A DNA stretch of 64,000 nt, from NCBI GenBank assembly GCA_030704615.1, contig CM060732.1, forward strand, positions 82,832,001 through 82,896,000, read 5' to 3'. Made by a program: the position numbers and the translations under genes. The stretch comes from Takakia lepidozioides. Taxonomy: Eukaryota > Plantae > Bryophyta. Every line of letters starts with the position of its first letter. Within the stretch, counting starts at the first letter, position 1. Shown here piece by piece: positions 10,228 through 23,904 of the stretch. The notes beneath the pieces were generated by a model, which made no database searches, had not been told where the DNA came from, and was given only the letters and a program-made list of their open reading frames with translations.

Positions 10228-13200
10228 ATGAGGCCCGAAGGATTTAAAGGAGAGAACAGCTCAAGAAAATCAGCTACATATATCAATATTGCGAAGGAGG
10301 CTGTTGGTAAATTAGGGTTGATTGCCCTGATTTTTGTAACATGGGGAGTGCAACTAACAGTCGCATCAAATCTGCGAGTATACATCGTAGTGCTACGCAG
10401 GTAACATCGTGAACACTGTACACTTGACAAAAAGTGTGACCCGACGTCAGTTTGCTTTTGTTGCATTTTCCCTTTACAGTCCTTATAAACTTCAACTTGG
10501 GTAACTTGTTAAATATAATTTTTGAGCTGGATTCATGGGGGTTATACTGCCGATTTATACTGCAGAGATTTAGAATCATCCAAGCCTGATGTCGCGTCTC
10601 TGAGCAATGCACACGACACTTTGCTAGAGCATGCAGTGACCGGTGGATATTACTCAAAGCTTTATAGCTACACCCACGTCTTGAATGGCTTTGCCGTGCA
10701 TACCTCCTCTGAGCAGGTTGGTCATTCCTTGGTGACTATACGTTGTACATGTTTTCCTTGAACAACAACAATTTGAACAACGCCATTGAAAGAAGAATTC
10801 TAATTTCAAACGGTCAAGCAGCTCGTCCAATGCTTTAATTAGAGTGTTGTCCACAAGTTGTAAACTAATGTGCCAGCCTTCGAGCAAAACTCTAGATCGA
10901 TTAATGGTTTGCACTATTGCATGGTTGGACTGACATATCTCAAGTGATGCGGCACTTTATGGTGACTTCAGGCAGAAACTTTGCGAAAAATTCCGGAAGT
11001 GTTGAGCGTACAGGAAGATGCACGTGTATATGCACGTACCACATACACCCCCGACTACCTCGGACTTCCTACAGGAGCATGGGCTCAAATAGAAGGCCGG
11101 CGAGCTGGTAAGACGGCTGGTGAAGGCGTTGTGGTTGGAATAATTGACACGGGAGTCTACCCCTCACATCCCAGCTTTTCATCCAAGGCCTCGAGGCCCC
11201 CTTCAGTGGGTCGTTACAATGGAACTTGCGACGTGTCACAGTATTTCCCAGTTGGGTCTTGCAATGGCAAGCTTGTGGGCGCCCAACACTTCCTGAAAGC
11301 TTTGAATATGGAAAATAACAACGTCTCAGATCCCGACTTTTTGGATCCTTTAGATCGAAATGGACATGGAACGTAAGTACAAAAATAGCATTGACGTCTA
11401 TCACATATTTGGAAGGGACTGAATAATCTGTCGTTGGACTCAGCGAGCAACTTTGATTTAATTCTGAGAGCTTTTCAATAATTAGTAGTATTAACTCCAG
11501 AGGAACCCTCAACATGTCTCCGGTATCCTTCTTTGGAAAGATATCATACACCGACCCTCCAGCGATATTCTTTGCATGAAGGCTGCGTTTAAGAGTCGTA
11601 ATTCCGTGGATCAATTTTCATGATGAAGATTATATGGAATTATGATCATGAACCACTACATTATGCTTTGATCGATTCAAGTATTTCACAATTGACCTAA
11701 TATTGACACGCGCAATTTGTGTGTCAGTCATACTTCAACAACAGCAGCAGGAAACCATGGAGTGCCAGTCTTATTTCATGGGGTCAACTATGGGTCTGCA
11801 AGTGGCATGGCGCCTGGTGCTCGGTGAACAGTCTTTCTCACAGAGATTCTCTATTGTATATTACCGATGTTATACGTGACAACTATGAATTCATTTGTAA
11901 TTTGAATGAATCGTGAACAGTTAGAATATGTTTATAGTTTTACTGGAGATGAAGCTCTACTGCGAAGACATGGTCGAGAGGCTGAAAGCCTCAATTGATA
12001 CAATGTTGTACGATGTGTCGGGCGCAGGGTTGCAATGTACAAGGCTCTCAGCAAACATGGCTCTGGGACCAACTCCGATGTAGTGGCAGCCATTGACCAG
12101 GTGTGACACCATATTTTTTCCATTCCGATGTTTGTTCATGCAAATCCTTCTCTTGGCTAATTAGTTTGGACACTCCATTCGTATTCCCCAAGTGCTAGTG
12201 TGGACAACTTAATTGTAAAGACGAGCTCCATGGTTGTCTTATTCAGACTCGAAACAAGTAACTTATATAAAGATCGTACCTCTGAGGTCACTTTTTGAGC
12301 CTCCCATTATGTATATTGTTTTCAGGACTGATCATGTATTGCATCCGTAGGTTAGATGCAAACTTTAGTTTTATTGCATGAGCGCTGGACCACATGTACT
12401 AAATTGTTTCTACCAACTCGATTAAGCGTTTGGTACCTAATACTAGAATGGTTGAATATTTCAATCTACATTTTTGTATAGCATAGACCAAAATTCTAGC
12501 TCTATTTGACATCAACAAATCATGAGCATGTGCTATGGATATATCGTAATATATAATGAGACTAACTTACCTCTCATTTGAGTGAAGCCTTGAGGATTTA
12601 GATTACTTCAAAAACACAAAAGATAATATTGCAGCCACTATGCAACGTGCAAACATACCATCATGAAGTCCTCCAATTCTATTACATGTTTATAAATAAA
12701 TAAAATGTAACATGTATTTGCAGGCAGCTAAAGATGGAGTGGACATCCTCAGTTTGTCCCTTGGCCCTAGTGGGCCACCCTTTAACAATATTACATATCT
12801 GGACGCCTTGGAAATTGGTCTCCTTGGAGCAGTCAAGGCTGGGGTTTTTGTGACTCAAGCAGAGGGAAACAGTGGACCTGCTCTAAGTTCAGCAGACTCT
12901 TGGAGTCCTTGGATTGTGTCAGTGGCAGCCTCATCTACTGATCGTACCTATCCCCATACCATACTCCTGGGGAGCAACCAGACCATCTCTGGCATAGGCC
13001 TTGCTCGTAAGTTTAGGTGTTTTGAAATTTGTCAAAAGTAATGACATTTGTACAACCCAATGTCCGCACTAGCCTAATTCTGTACGACGCTACAAATATT
13101 AGATTTAGACTACAAACTGGAAAATTAGTGACAATGCAAACAGTAGGACATTGCAAATCCGAGCTTTCTACCAAGATTTATGTAAGGGTAAGTTAGAATT

Positions 13201-15600
13201 TTGTCTTGAAAACATTTATCGTATGACATCTTCGTTTGAGTTTGTATCTGATGCCACTAAATTGAATGTTCGTGGCAGCCCCAACTCCGGGAATTAACTT
13301 GCACAAGTTGGTGTTATCCACCGACGCACATCTAAACCACCCAAAAAATGACACGGGTTTTAACTTCGACTGCGCCGACCCTACTATTTTGGATCCATCT
13401 GTTGTGGCAGGAAGCATCCTTGTTTGCATTGACGATGGAAACACTACTGTCAATGTACTCAATGCAACAATCACCACTGGCATTGCCCTCAAGGCTGTTG
13501 GGGCTGTTTTGGTCCTCAATATTAGTCAACACAACATACCACTTAATCCGATTTTCATTCCAGACAACTACTCGGTCTCTATCATTTATGATCCGGAGGA
13601 GATAACGGTATGTACAATTGCTTGCTTTCTTTTGACCATTTTTCTTCAAATTTCTGAACATTTGATAGTTCATAGATGTAAGAATCTTTCACTTACCGAG
13701 TAAAAAGTGTCAAATATTAATTGCATTTACTAAATCTACAGTTTAAATTTACAAGTGGGTACTCATTTTGAAAATGGATTGATCATTTTCTGAGACTCAT
13801 TTGCACTTCTCTATTTTAAACGAGTTGTTGCAGACCTTTCTTCAGTACTACAATAAAACAACAGTGAAAGATGCAACTTCGGGCAACGTCACCAGTTTTG
13901 GTGGATTAGCGAGGTTAACTGGAGGGCACCAAGCGATGTTTAGTGGTAGTGCACCTGTCGTGATGTATTTCTCATCAAGAGGCCCAGATATCAATTCCGG
14001 CAGATTCGACCAAGCAGATGTGCTAAAGCCAAACATTTTGGCACCTGGGTCGAATATCTGGGCAGGCTGGTCCGCTTTCAGCATTGGTGCACCTGGTAAG
14101 GTTCTAGATTCTGTACAAATCGAAGTTACAACCTCTATTTGAAGCCTGATCTTAAACAAGTGCACAATGCATGTAATCTCGAATTATTAAAACTTAATAC
14201 CATATTCAAGCCCGTTATGAACGTTCTTGAAGTTTAAATTTGCTTGATAAATGTATTCGTGAAAGATCGGGCTTGAGATGTCACAAATTAGATGGCTAGT
14301 TCAATTTAGTCTGATTAGTAATTAGTCTGGTTCAATGACTTGATACTTGGAATATGGGGGGACAGGTCAAATATTTGCAATGATAAGTGGGACAAGCATG
14401 GCCACACCCCATATAGCAGGAATTGCAGCTTTGGTGAAGGAGGTACATCCAAAGTGGAGCCCTGCGGCCATTGCTTCAGCCATTCTCACCACGGCATCTC
14501 CAACAGATAAACAGGGAAATGTTCTCTCTGCACAAGATATTCAGTATCAAATCAATCCAGTAACAAATGTTTTTGAATTTAATGGTTTTACAAGGCCAGG
14601 AACACCCTTCGATTTCGGGGCAGGATTTGTCAATCCAACAGCTGCATTGGATCCTGGACTTGTGTTCGATGCAGGTATTAATACTGTCAGCTCTACCTCT
14701 CCTTCTAACTTGCATTGGAAAGGAATTAATCCAATGGACCACTTTAGATTACGGACCGAGACCAAGAAAAGACCAATTTGATCCAAATTGGGACCAATAC
14801 CAAGAAAACCCACTCTCACTTCCACCACCTTCATATTTCTCACTCCCCCAGCTTCGAGATTGATTCTGACCGATGGTAATGATTGTTTAAAACAGTCATG
14901 TTCGTGGTCCGTGTCTAAAGTGGCATTTATATTCAAGTATCTAACAACTTGTCTGATATGTAACTTACAAGACATATTTGATTCGGAATACTAGCTTCTC
15001 TAAGTACACTAAACATGCTATAATGAGAGTGTAGAAATGTACTCATTGACCTCTCAGCAAATGTCTTCACGCGTTGCCAAGCAAATTCGACCAATTTCTC
15101 TTACATGATGGTTTATATGAACATTTGGCAAAACCTAGATGTGGAATGTTTTTGTTAATATGATTCCATTGGTTTGTGATGCAGGATTTGATGACTACGT
15201 CAAGTTCTTATGCTCTGTACCAGACACGACACCATCCCAAGTTGCTGCATCAACCGGTGGCAAATGTGGGTCACACATTGGTCTTCCCTCGGATCTTAAC
15301 TCGCCTTCCATCACTGTTGCAATTTTAAATGGCAGTCGCACCGTTCCAAGAACAGTGACCAATGTTGGCCACCACCAGGAGACATACACCGTTGTTGTAA
15401 CAGAACCAGCAGGTGTATTCGTCAACGTCCATCCATCTGTTTTCGTCATTGCGAAAAGTGGTACATTGCCATTACAAGTTACACTAATGGCCATAGTTGA
15501 CACCAATCACACAACTTTTGGATCTTTGGTTCTACATGGAAGCCTGGGTCACATAGTTCGGGTTCCAATTAGTGTATCATTGAAGAAAACAGTACATTAG
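10228..15600 (+). CDS. Subtilisin-like serine protease (S8A), SBT2 subfamily-like, ~830 aa
   Basis: GT-AG exons 10228-10400, 10566-10716, 10972-11372, 11728-11823, 12028-12100, 12724-13006, 13279-13607, 13834-14095, 14366-14674 and 15185-15600 join in frame (2493 nt). Features: I9 prodomain (YIVVL, KLYSYTHVLNGFAV), TTYTPDYLGL maturation site, catalytic IIDTG, HGTHT and SGTSMATPHIAG, FSSRGP and C-terminal Fn3-like DLNSPSI. Confidence 0.93.
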
Positions 15601-16319
15601 TATTTTAAGCAACAATCCTACATTAGGATATAATATAATGTATTTCATTATACAATTGTCGTTCATTCGTTCATGTTTGGACGAGTCCAAGATACAAATT
15701 GTTACTTGAGGTTATTAATGGTGTGTGCACTTGAAAACTTACATGCATGCTCTTTTTCTTCTAACATGCAAACTCATTTGCAGTAAGACATTTCCACATA
15801 TGACCAAAAAACGTTTTCACGCATATACCTATGACATAGAGCATGTTCCTCAAAATCACCATATTCTGATTTCTATGGCCACATGCATGATGACTTGCTT
15901 TAGATAGAAGTTAGACAACATGACGTGGATTTAGCATGTATTCATGGAAAACAACACTAATTAGTTATGGTATTTTATTGTATTTTCCAAACAGACCCAT
16001 GCCACAACTGCTAGGCCTGGAGGGCCACAAAGGCACACCCCACAAGGCACCACATGCTAAGTACTGAACGCTAGAACCAAGGCCAACGCATATGTGGTCA
16101 TAAGCTTACCACCAGGCCACGTGTCTCGTTGCGATAACGAGGCGACCCAAATCGACCCGTTTCAGATTTCATCCACGTATACTTTTCCTGGATGATACTG
16201 GATGGAAGTGATCCCTAAAGGTAAATGGTGCATATTGGGAAAGAGCACATGTGGGAATTTACAGTGCCCTAGAATAATTAAGGCTCCAATCTCTATAAGT
16301 TTTCAAAGGGCACAGAGAA

Positions 16320-16385
16320 ATGACGACGACGACGTGGCTGACAACGATGACGTGGTTACGATGATGTGGCGACGATGACGAGGCA
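16320..16385 (+). promoter_or_regulatory. Cluster of GACGTGG/GATGTGG (ACGT-core) motifs upstream of the PPR gene
   Basis: GACGTGG occurs twice and GATGTGG and GACGAGG once each within 65 bp. CACGTGTC lies at about 16118 and TGACGTGG at 15921. Confidence 0.3.
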
Positions 16386-16693
16386 CTATGGCACCCTATT
16401 CCTGCTCTACGCTAAACTGGCTGGGCAGGAAGAAGCAGCAATGGCTGCTGTGCTCTCTGTGAATGCAGGCTGGAACGCTTGCACCTTTGCGGGAGTGACA
16501 AGCTTTTTTGTATGAAGCTGCAGGTGGTGACTGATTGCTGTGGGTTTGCATCTGTTCCCAAAAACAGAGAGAGAATGTAAAGTGGCAGCTGTAAGGGAAT
16601 GCGACGGGAAGCTGTGAGAAGGAGCCTTTCGAGCAGCCGAGCACAGGACAGGGTCAGCGTTGCTATGCATTAGCAATCTGTGCAGGAAGCAAG

Positions 16694-19600
16694 ATGCCTG
16701 CGGTCATCAATGGTGTCTTGGGCATCGTGCGCTGTGTTGTTGCCACAGCCTGTGCTGCGGATACAACGGTCCCGGTACTAGAGGGTGGCCCTGGCCCTTC
16801 TTTCATCTACGAACGGGCATCCCCAGCCGTGCGTTGGCCTCTCTTACACCAGAATCATGGGGTTGAGCCTGCCCTTTCTCTGTCGCTCGATGATGCGGAC
16901 CCTGATCGATCCCTGTCCGAAGAGCAATCAGTTCGAGGAAGCGGTGACGGTTTATCCTCGCCCAATTCCGCGCCCTCACAAGCTGCATCAGCTTATCAGA
17001 TAGGTATGGACAGGAGAAGGGCAGATGATGACAAGAGACCTGTGCTCCAGCTTACAACCCCACGGAAGATGTCAAAATTGGCTCTTAAGAAAGCAAAGGA
17101 CTGGAAGGAGAGGGTAGAGAGGCTATCGCACGCAATCTGTAATTTGGAGAGAAACGAGTCTGTGGCAGATGTATTGGAAGGGTGGGCTGAACAACTAGCG
17201 CCCAACGATTTGTGCTACGTTGTCAAGAGTGTGGGTCAGACACGGTGGCAGCGTTCGTTGGAGCTTTACGAGTGGCTCAATATGCGGCACTGGTACACTC
17301 CCAATCCCCGCATGCTTGCATCCATCCTGGGTGTTTTGGGCCGAGCCAACCAGATTGCCCTTGCAGAGGAAATATTTGACAGAACAGAGCCTGAACTGGG
17401 AAACTGCGTGCAGGTCAGTGCCCTACACTGAAAGTAAGCATGGTGTTTGTACTACCTCAATTCTCTGACTATACCACGGGGAATCCATCTCCCCGCCTGG
17501 TGAACTAAAATGCTGTGAAAGCAAACACGTTTCCAACCATTTACAACGGTGGGGGCAAGCCAGGTGCGACCAAGGTTCCTGCAGCTGTTCTAACATGTCA
17601 GTTTAACATGTCTAAGTAGGAACAATGAGCCTGGATTACAGCAAATTCTGAAGTTGATCAAATGTTAGGTGAGCAGTGTTCCCATCAGTTCCAAGATTTT
17701 CCTAGTACAGAAACAATTGACATTGTAGCAGGTGCTGTATGTTGAACGTTTTCAGAGAACTATCCTTCTGTTACTGAATTATGCACAATGCAGTGTAAGT
17801 GTAATATCACAAAGCGCCCAATCCTTGATGCTAACCTGTGCCAGGTGTACAATGCAATGATGAGTGTTCATGCAAGGCATGGTCGATGGCACAAGGTGCA
17901 GCCGGTGCTGGTGAAGATGCGGCACCAGGGTTGCGAGCCGGACCTCATTACTTTCAACATCATTGCCAATGCCCGGACAAAGGCCGGGCTGGAGCCTGGA
18001 ATGGCAATGACCCTTTTACACGAGATTCGCAGTGCTGGGTTACGACCAGACACCATAACCTACAACACTTTGATTAGTGCATGCAGCGCAGACCAAAGCT
18101 TCACTGAAGCCAGAGAAGTTTTTGAGGAGATGAAGCAGTGCGGATGTGAACCTGACATTTGGACTTACAATACAATGATTTCAGTGTATGGGCGGTCAGG
18201 TATGGAGAATGTTGCAGAGGAGATTTTCCAGGACATGAAATCAAAAGGGTTCTCACCAGATGCCATAACTTACAACACAATCCTTCACGCATTTGTGAAG
18301 AGTGGCAGGGTTGATGATGCTGATGAGATAATGCAGCAGATGCAGGCATCTAGATGTCCTGCAGATGAAATCACATACAACATCTTGATCAATATGTATG
18401 GGAAGCTGGGGCTACATGCGAAAGCACTGCATGTGTACACTCAGATGAGAGAAGATGGATGTGTTCCAGATGCTGTCACCTACACAGTATTGATTGATGC
18501 CCTTGGAAAGGTCGGGCTAGTCTCTGAGGCAGAGCATGTGTTTGCGGAGATGGCAGAGGCAGACATCCGGCCTACATTGTACACATTCAGTGCAATGATA
18601 TGTGGGTATGCTAAGGGGGGCATGTATGAGCAGGCTGAAGAAATGTATGCTTTCTTGTTGACACTGGGCACTCAGCCTGATCTTCTGCTCTTCTCAGTGA
18701 TGCTGGATCTGTTCTACAAAGCTGGCAAACCAGAGAAAGCAATAGCTGTCTATCTCTCTATGGTGGAAGAAGGCCTCAAGCCTAGCTTGTCCACACAAGG
18801 GATAGTACTGCGCCTCTATGTGGAGCAAGGCATGCTGGAGGAGCTCTCAAAACTTACTGAGGATCTGCTACAGTCTGGGTTTGAGCCGGTTACTCTGTGT
18901 ACCACATTCAGCAGAGCTGGGCTTTGTCAAGAGGCAGGCACTGCTTTGAAGATGGCGGTGGCACAGGGGCACACTCTGGATGAGGCTGTTGTTGGGTCTG
19001 TGCTGGACACTTATGGAGCATCACATAGGTGAGCATCTCTGCTTCAGTGTCATATCCAGCTATAAAAGGGGGGTCACTTGGTCAACAGGTCACCTAATGT
19101 GTGGGTACCTGAGGGCTTTCAAGTCCTTGGGGGAGGTTGGGGCAACTATGTTGCCCTGGTTATGGCCTGTAGTAGGCGTCCACCTTCCAAACAGAAGGCA
19201 ATAGCCCCTTTCGGGGTGAAGAAACACCCTAAACCTACTTCACATTTGCGTCGGCAGGGTCCACCTTTTTCTAGTGTTAATTTCGTTATTTGGTTTTGTC
19301 TGATACTTGCAGCTTTGTGTGCTTTCAAGTTCGGCATTGCTCTAGTTATAAAGGGTTCGCAACCACCCAGTTTGTGAATGTGCCTGGTGACACCGGCAGT
19401 TGCACGGTGGAGGAATATGTTGCAGTAATCCAGAGCATGTTGCAGGAATTTCCTCTGTATGCACAAGTTAATTTAAAGCATTTAAAAATAAAATGCTCTG
19501 GCAGGTACAAGGATGCGTGTTTGCTGGTCCATTCACTTTCTAGCCCTATGTCACAGCCTAGCCTTCGGATGCGTGAATTGCTGATTGATATGCTTGCACG

Positions 19601-22600
19601 GGCTGAGAAGTTTCAAGAAGCAAGTGAAGAGCTTGCAAAGTGGCAGATATCTGAGCATGAAGCGAGCATGCCCATGTTCAAAGCTTTGATCATTGCGTAT
19701 AATCACGCTGGGATGCTGGACGAAAGTCTGCAGCTATTTGAGAGCATGCAACAGTCAGGTCTGGAGCCTGACGCCGAGTGCTGTAGAACTGCTGCCATTG
19801 GATACAGCCGGATGGGTCTTACTGAACAAGCACACAACTTGCTAGAGCATGTGGCTGCATTTGGAAAAATAGACAATTCGGCCATACATGTGAGTCTAAT
19901 TGAAGCTTATGGAAAACAGTGCCTGTGGGAGAAAGCCGAGATGGTTTTCCTGGACTTGTCACAATTAGGGTTGCCCCTCTGTGTTAAAGCTTGGAACGCA
20001 CTTTTAACGGCGTATGCAGCATGTGGTCAATATGAACATGCCAGAGCAGCTCTAAAGGAAATGGCAGAGAAGGGCTGTACTCCCACTGCAAACTCTGGCA
20101 ACTCACTGGTGGAGGCCCTTTGTGTGGCTAAGAGATATGATGAGCTTCCGGCCGCCTACAAGAAACTGGAAGAGTTAGGCATTCGTCCGAACAAAAACCG
20201 CTATATTAGTCCGCTGCGTCATTTTGTAAAAGAGGGGAATCTGACAGAGGTGAAACGTGCCTACCAGGAGCTCCAGGCTGCTAGCTATGTTCCCCAAATG
20301 GAGGTGTATAACATGCTTGTGGGATTTTTTGCAAAGGCTGGCAATGTGGTAGATGCAGAGTCCATCGTGAAAGATATGATGCAAGTAGGGTTTGAGCCGG
20401 ATGTTGTTGTGTACAACACAATGATCAGTCTGTACAGCAGATTGGGGAACTTCCGAAAGGCATCCCAAGTTTTTCAGGGAATGCAAGCGGTTGGGTGTGA
20501 ACCTGATACTGTGACCTTCAACATACTGATTGGTCTCTATAGTAAATATCTCATGACCCAAGAAGCCTTGACCATTCTTGAGCAAATGCGTAGTGCTGGC
20601 TGCATGCCAGATGCTACGTCCTACAGCTCCTTAATCTCTGCCTATGGGCGACTCCGAATGTGGGAGGCTGCTACTGAAATTTTGGCAGAAATGAAGGAAG
20701 CTGGGTGCAAACCCACTGAGTCCACATTTAATGCTATGATTGATGTGTACAGGCGGGCTGGAAAATTTCAGCAGGCAGAATGTATGGTGAGAGAGATGAA
20801 GAGTGCTGGGTTTGAGCCCACCAGGGCCACCCTTAACATGCTTATGGACTCATATGGAAAAGGAGGGGAGCTGGAAGGAGCAGAAACAGTATTTGAGGGC
20901 TTGCGGGATACTGATGGGAATGCCACTGTTATGCAGTATACAACACTGATAGATGCATACTTGAAAGACCAGGATTATGTTTCTGGTGTGAGCAGGTTGA
21001 AGCAAATGAAGCAAGAAGGGTTAGAGCCCAATTATGTAACATGGACTTGCATCATTTCAGCAGCCAGCCGTTGTGAAAGAAGGAGCGACGTGTTGCTGCT
21101 GCTGGTGGCTCTGCGCGATGCTGGCTGCCCACATCCTCTCCGGTATGGGCTGGCTAGAGGATTCAACCTTCAAGTTAGAGCATTAAAGTGGGGGACAGTA
21201 AATGAAGCTTATTACATACCTCTAAAAGTCAGTTGCCCAGTTGATCTGGCATCATTTGTGTGGGGCTTGTGTCGTGGCTACTTGCTAAGCAATATCTTTC
21301 TTTGACCATGTATCTTGAACCACAATGAATGTTGAAGAAAGGCAGTCTCCATCTATACATCAACAAAGTGCTTTCGCGGACTGCAGGCTGTTGTTAGACA
21401 ACACCGATGAGGTGCTTGTGGATGTGGAGCATTGGTTGGAGCAGCTTCTGGCCTCAGCAGACGACCGGGGGCAGGGAATGGTCAATGTCCTTGAAGACCT
21501 ATTGTGGGCATTCAAGCGTCGTGGAACTGCTGCTCGTCTTTTCGAAATGGCAGTAAAGATTCACATCTATCCACAGAATTTGGCTAGGTATGGCCGATCA
21601 TCAATCAGTTTTCTAGTTGGAGTCCAATACTGTTATCTGGCACCTGGTGGTAGGAGGTGGATTATTCCTTTTGTACACCTGCTGACTTTCGTTCTTTGCT
21701 GGGTTTCATGTTTGAGATGATTTATGAAGGGGCATCTGACTCAGGAGTCCATTTCCACTGACGCAGTTATGCCGATGCCGCATAGTTGGCTACAATAAAA
21801 TACACTAATATTGTTGGTCTGGGTTTCTAATTGAGGGTGGGGGAGGATGTTGAGACAGACTCTGAACTAGTAGTTTGTCTTTGGCTCATCATTCTGTAAG
21901 GCTGTTATTGGCTGTATTCCTCGTTAGGAGCGGAGACTGTGAGGCAGGTTTGGTGTAAACATTCATTCTCTTGATTGATGAGATGACAAAGTTGTCTGTT
22001 ATGTGAGGACTTTAGAGTACAAGAGAAGGATTGGGAGGCTGATTTCCGGAAGCTTTCTGCTGGGGCAGCACTCATTGCATTGAACCAATGGCTTAATCAG
22101 ATGCAGGTATCAAAGTCCACACTTCTGAATCTGCATATAGAAATTCCCATCATTCCCGGCCTCCCCCCCCTCGCTCTCTGTCTCTCTGCTATGTTTGTCT
22201 GCTCCATATGTATCCTTCAGAAACTTGTATGCACGAGTGTGACAATGGTGTGGAAAGGGGGTATCAGTGCACCTGCTTGACCATATCCAGGTCCTGTCTG
22301 CTTCTCATCTGGTATTGTCAATTGGTCTCGTAGTACTACTGCATATCTTTTGTTATATCTTCCCAGCATAAAACAGAATTTTGCAGTGATGGAGGGTAAT
22401 TTGTGATGGCAATGCAGGAGGCATCACTTGAGGGGGTTCCAGAGTCATCAAAGTCAGTATTGCTTGTTACAGGCAGCAGCAAACACAGCAATCAAGTCTC
22501 ATTAGGTAAGACTCTAAGAGCACACCTTTGGGAAATCGGCTCTCCCTTTCTCTCACCCAAGATGAGGGAGGGCGTGCTGATCGCCAAGGGGCATTCACTG

Positions 22601-22951
22601 CGCATGTGGCTTAAAGAATCACCACATTGTCGGGATATGGAGTTACGTGACAGTGGAGCGTTGCCCGAAGCCAACACCATGCAAGTCTACAATGGCGCAT
22701 GGATGCGTGCTGAGATGGTGCCAGTAATGAGGCAGATTGAGGAAACCATGGGTGAGATCCATCCAAAGAAATACTCAAAGTTGGCCCATTTAGGGGATGA
22801 CAAACGGACTGAGATTATGGCTGCAGATTTGAAGGGCCGGGAGGAGAAAAGACAGAAGTTATTAGTCAAGGGCAAGGCCCAGGGGAGGGTGAAGCAGAGG
22901 TTGAAATTGAAATCACAATTAAGGACCAGAAAGACTGTGAGGCAAATGTAA
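16694..22951 (+). CDS. EMB1270-like: P-class pentatricopeptide repeat protein, EMB1270/At3g18110-like, probably plastid-targeted, with SMR-like C-terminal domain, ~1455 aa
   Basis: Exons 16694-17413, 17845-19028, 19505-21142, 21387-21587, 22016-22106 and 22418-22951 join in frame (4368 nt). There are many 35-aa PPR motifs (PDTITYNTLISAC, PDIWTYNTMISVYGR). Family hallmarks recalled: YERASPAVRWP, WLNMRHWYTPNPRMLASILGVLGRANQ, WEADFRKLSAGAAL and KGHSLRMWLKESP. Confidence 0.92.
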
Positions 22952-23904
22952 ATGATTCGTTACTATTTGCTGTCATATACACTTGTAAGACAGACAAACC
23001 CATCGGGTGAGTTTGAACCAGCACATGTAGAAATTGTTAGGCAGGGTTGTACATTCCAACCCTCGAGAGGGTTGATCCTTAGCTGAATTGGACAGTTAGT
23101 GTCTGTGCTAGAGTATCCCACACTACTACTGTACAAAATTATGCCAAATTCCTCAATCTAAGTAGCTGTTAGGGAAGAAAGAAACACTGGTTGAGTTAGA
23201 AGCAGAAGGTTTTGTAAGATGAGGTTGTGAGGATCCAAAGAAGGTGGATTTCCGTAAGGTTGTTTGATGTCCTTAGGGCAGTCAAGGAAATGAAACAATG
23301 AAAGTTTAGACCAAGGACAGCCTTCAGATTGTCACCGACCGGGGCTGGTTGTCCTCTGCAGCGTGTGTCCTCACTACGACGAGGCCACAAAAACTCCAAG
23401 GCAAGGGGAAGCTATGTAGGAGAGATGGAAGCTCTACAAACACTCAGACCTGATACTTCATTGACTAGTGATAAGGTGACACAGTAGGAAGAGTCTGATG
23501 GTGACAGAATGAGAGATTTTATCAACAATGAGATCTGAGAGGCAATTGAGTCTTTATGTTCAAAGACTAGCATTGATTATGCACAGATAACAGGGGATGA
23601 ATTCAAATGTCATAAGGGAAGATCTTGAAGCCAGAGCCATACATGGCCGAAGTCTTCCCTCTTGTTTCTCTCTCTACTTGGTCATGGCAAAATGCTTGAC
23701 CTCTGGAAGATTAGCAGCACTGGCCAGACCTTGATTGATCCCAACCCATGTTTCATGCAAAGGATGTGATGGCCTGCTTCATTCATGACAACGATGATAT
23801 AGTGTCACTCTCTTGCTAAGAACTTCCTAAGAACTTGACATTTGCAGTGATGTGCTCCCCTTGGCCCCTCATTAATGCCTTTTTGGTCATATTCCTTGAC
23901 TGTT

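Noticed and set aside
19290-19504. N-terminal part of the 671-aa ORF as coding
   Set aside because: It is intron 2 of the PPR gene. Splicing 19028 to 19505 keeps the frame and the PPR register.
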